The notes beneath the pieces were generated by a model, which made no database searches, was not told where the DNA came from, and saw nothing but the letters and a program-made list of their open reading frames with translations. A program made the translations under genes and the position numbers. From positions 352,001-416,000 of the forward strand of contig CAXWPH010000014.1 of the NCBI GenBank assembly GCA_963666055.2: DNA of 64,000 nucleotides, read 5' to 3'. Every line of letters begins with the position of its first letter. Within the stretch, counting starts at the first letter, position 1. Shown here in pieces: positions 62,081-64,000 of the stretch. This DNA is from Acidobacteriota bacterium. Lineage in GTDB: Bacteria > Acidobacteriota > UBA890 > WLXD01.

Positions 62081-64000
62081 CTAGGTCCTCTCCGCCCAAG
62101 GATACTGGAACTCGGGCCGGATGACGTCGGTGATCAGCTCTTGGACCGCACGGTGCGCCTGGTCGAACGCCGCCTGTGTAAGACACGTCGCGGCCGCGTC
62201 GGAGTTGGCGATGGCGATCCGCCCGAACCGCTTACGGCCCAATACCCAGGGAGCCTCGTCGTACCCCCAGTCGGGGTCGAAGAGGTCATTGTCCGCTCCC
62301 GCGTACCCGTGCGGCCAGCGGTTGACGAAGATGGCCTCGATGTCCCGGGCGGGATCGAAGCCTCCCTCCCCCAGGGCACGAGCAAGCTGATCCCTGATAC
62401 CACGCTCGAACGTCTCGAACGACATGGTCAGAAGCTCCTCCCGTGCGGCCCGCCACTGGTCCCGTACGGGAAGCCCCGGAGCGATCGGAGATGCCCAGAG
62501 CCTCAGAGAGACCGGTTCGTCGGGCAACTGGGCGGTCTGGTAATCCCCGAAGCTGTTGCTCCAATCGTCAAGACTGACACTTTCGAAGTACGCGCCCGGG
62601 CAATGGATACGCGCCACACCAAGCCGCTCGAACGCTCGCCAGTCGCGAACCATGACGTTGGCCGCAACGAAGGGTCTGCGCACCGCCATATGCAGGTGTT
62701 CTTTTTGGTCCTCCGGCAGCTCGGGACACAGATACGGGATCACCGAGTTGTAGCACGCCATCACGCAGGTGCCTGCGCGCACGCGATGCGCCTGGCCGTC
62801 CCTCACGTACGTGACGTCCACCGCGTTCGCCTTTGCCCGTTCGCCCACGTGGTGAGCGTTCACCACCGTGCTGTTGAGACGGATGCGCACGTCGTTTTCC
62901 GCCCGGTCGAGGGTCGAATACCGGACCCGCATCGGCACCGAATCGTTCATCGTGTCGCCCGGTAGCGAACCCGGAATCAGCCAGCGCACGAGGAGGCGGG
63001 CAATGCCAGCATTTCCGTCGGGGAAGTGCATGTCATCGAACGGATTCTCCAGCCCGGGGAATCCGTCTCTCGGCGGCGGCTCCCCGAGCCCGAGGCCCTG
63101 CAGCCCGGGTAAACCGCTGTACCGGAACGCAGCCCATCCGCTCAACGTATCGATACCGGCCGTGCCATTGGCATCCGGGCCGCGGCGCATGAAGAAGGGG
63201 ATCACGTCCGGGTCGACGCCGACGACGTTCAGCAGATAGTCCTGATAGCTCATCTTGCGGAGCCGAGCGATCTTCTCCTCCACCGACAATCCGGGGAAGT
63301 AATCCTCCTGCGTCTGGTACAGCTTCGCGATGTCCTTCTGCACCCGGTCCGAGAGCGGCGTCTTTCGAAGCCATTTCGTCCAGGCCTCCGGCTCGTCCGA
63401 TCCGGGTTCTCCTACCACCAGGCGATCTGCCCCGAACGTCTCCTCGTCGAACAAGATCGCGCTTCCCAAACCCCGCTCGCGCGCCCGGAAGTTACGTCCC
63501 ACGTTCGCACGCCCGTACACCTCCGCATCCAGACCGATGTCGTGGAGCAACTCCAGGCCTTCGTACGTATAGGCTCCCGTGATGTAGGCCGTACCGGCGT
63601 AGCAGATGACCTGGCGCCCGTCGACCATGTGCTCGTTCCGCTGCGCGTGCCCTCCGAAGTCGTCCTGGTTGTCCAGAATCAGGACCCGAGCCTCAGGCAT
63701 CGCCTTGCGGAAGTAGTAGGCCGCCCCGAGACCGCTCAACCCGCCACCCACCACGATCAGGTCGTACTCTTCCCCTGTTTCCTGCGGGTCGTCCCACGTC
63801 TCGCCGAACCGCATGCGATGAGCCACCTCGAACGACCCCGGATGGCTGCCCCGCATCCCCGTACGTGTCGGCGGATAGTACGTCTCCTGGCTCGGAGATT
63901 GATCGACGACTGGAGATGCGGCCGGAGCCAGCCGGGCATCGCGCCCCTGCGCCCCCACATCCCCCGGCACAAGGGCCGCTCCCGCGATCGCGATGCTCGT
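62081..64000 (-). CDS. FAD-dependent oxidoreductase, spermidine dehydrogenase (SpdH)-like; start lies beyond the right edge
   Basis: YYPPTRTGMRGSHPGSFEVAH, VVGGGLSG, DFGGHAQRNE, HFPDGNA, VNRWPHGYA, IANSD. Confidence 0.85.
   Translation of the reverse strand, partial: TSIAIAGAALVPGDVGAQGRDARLAPAASPVVDQSPSQETYYPPTRTGMRGSHPGSFEVAHRMRFGETWDDPQETGEEYDLIVVGGGLSGLGAAYYFRKAMPEARVLILDNQDDFGGHAQRNEHMVDGRQVICYAGTAYITGAYTYEGLELLHDIGLDAEVYGRANVGRNFRARERGLGSAILFDEETFGADRLVVGEPGSDEPEAWTKWLRKTPLSDRVQKDIAKLYQTQEDYFPGLSVEEKIARLRKMSYQDYLLNVVGVDPDVIPFFMRRGPDANGTAGIDTLSGWAAFRYSGLPGLQGLGLGEPPPRDGFPGLENPFDDMHFPDGNAGIARLLVRWLIPGSLPGDTMNDSVPMRVRYSTLDRAENDVRIRLNSTVVNAHHVGERAKANAVDVTYVRDGQAHRVRAGTCVMACYNSVIPYLCPELPEDQKEHLHMAVRRPFVAANVMVRDWRAFERLGVARIHCPGAYFESVSLDDWSNSFGDYQTAQLPDEPVSLRLWASPIAPGLPVRDQWRAAREELLTMSFETFERGIRDQLARALGEGGFDPARDIEAIFVNRWPHGYAGADNDLFDPDWGYDEAPWVLGRKRFGRIAIANSDAAATCLTQAAFDQAHRAVQELITDVIRPEFQYPWAERT

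Overview
High-GC bacterial chromosomal window. The gene content (expanded Ser/Thr kinase-TolB propeller genes, TLC transporter, TM-helix MscS) suggests Acidobacteriota, but that is inference. It holds two cell-envelope glycosylation clusters (1-8.9 kb and 31.4-37.4 kb) and housekeeping or metabolic genes (UvrD-type helicase, hemW, cis-prenyltransferase, ino1, ligA, pncB, citrate synthase, HtrA). Two accessory loci stand out. (i) At 19.3-22.0 kb on the minus strand, a membrane thioredoxin-fold gene is followed by a tandemly duplicated gene for a secreted 24-aa C-x3-C-x9-C-x3-C peptide (alpha-hairpinin-like spacing) and a beta-propeller lipoprotein. This is a candidate undescribed secreted disulfide-peptide system. 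(ii) At 50.9-62.0 kb, an array of three kinase-TM-beta-propeller genes shares a conserved upstream motif and 3' tip; orphan 5'/3' tips bracket unrelated cargo genes, and every full copy carries one lesion. A dispersed palindromic MITE/REP-like family with TAG termini is also present. I recognised no rRNA, tRNA or CRISPR array. All product calls come from reading motifs by eye; no database search was run.
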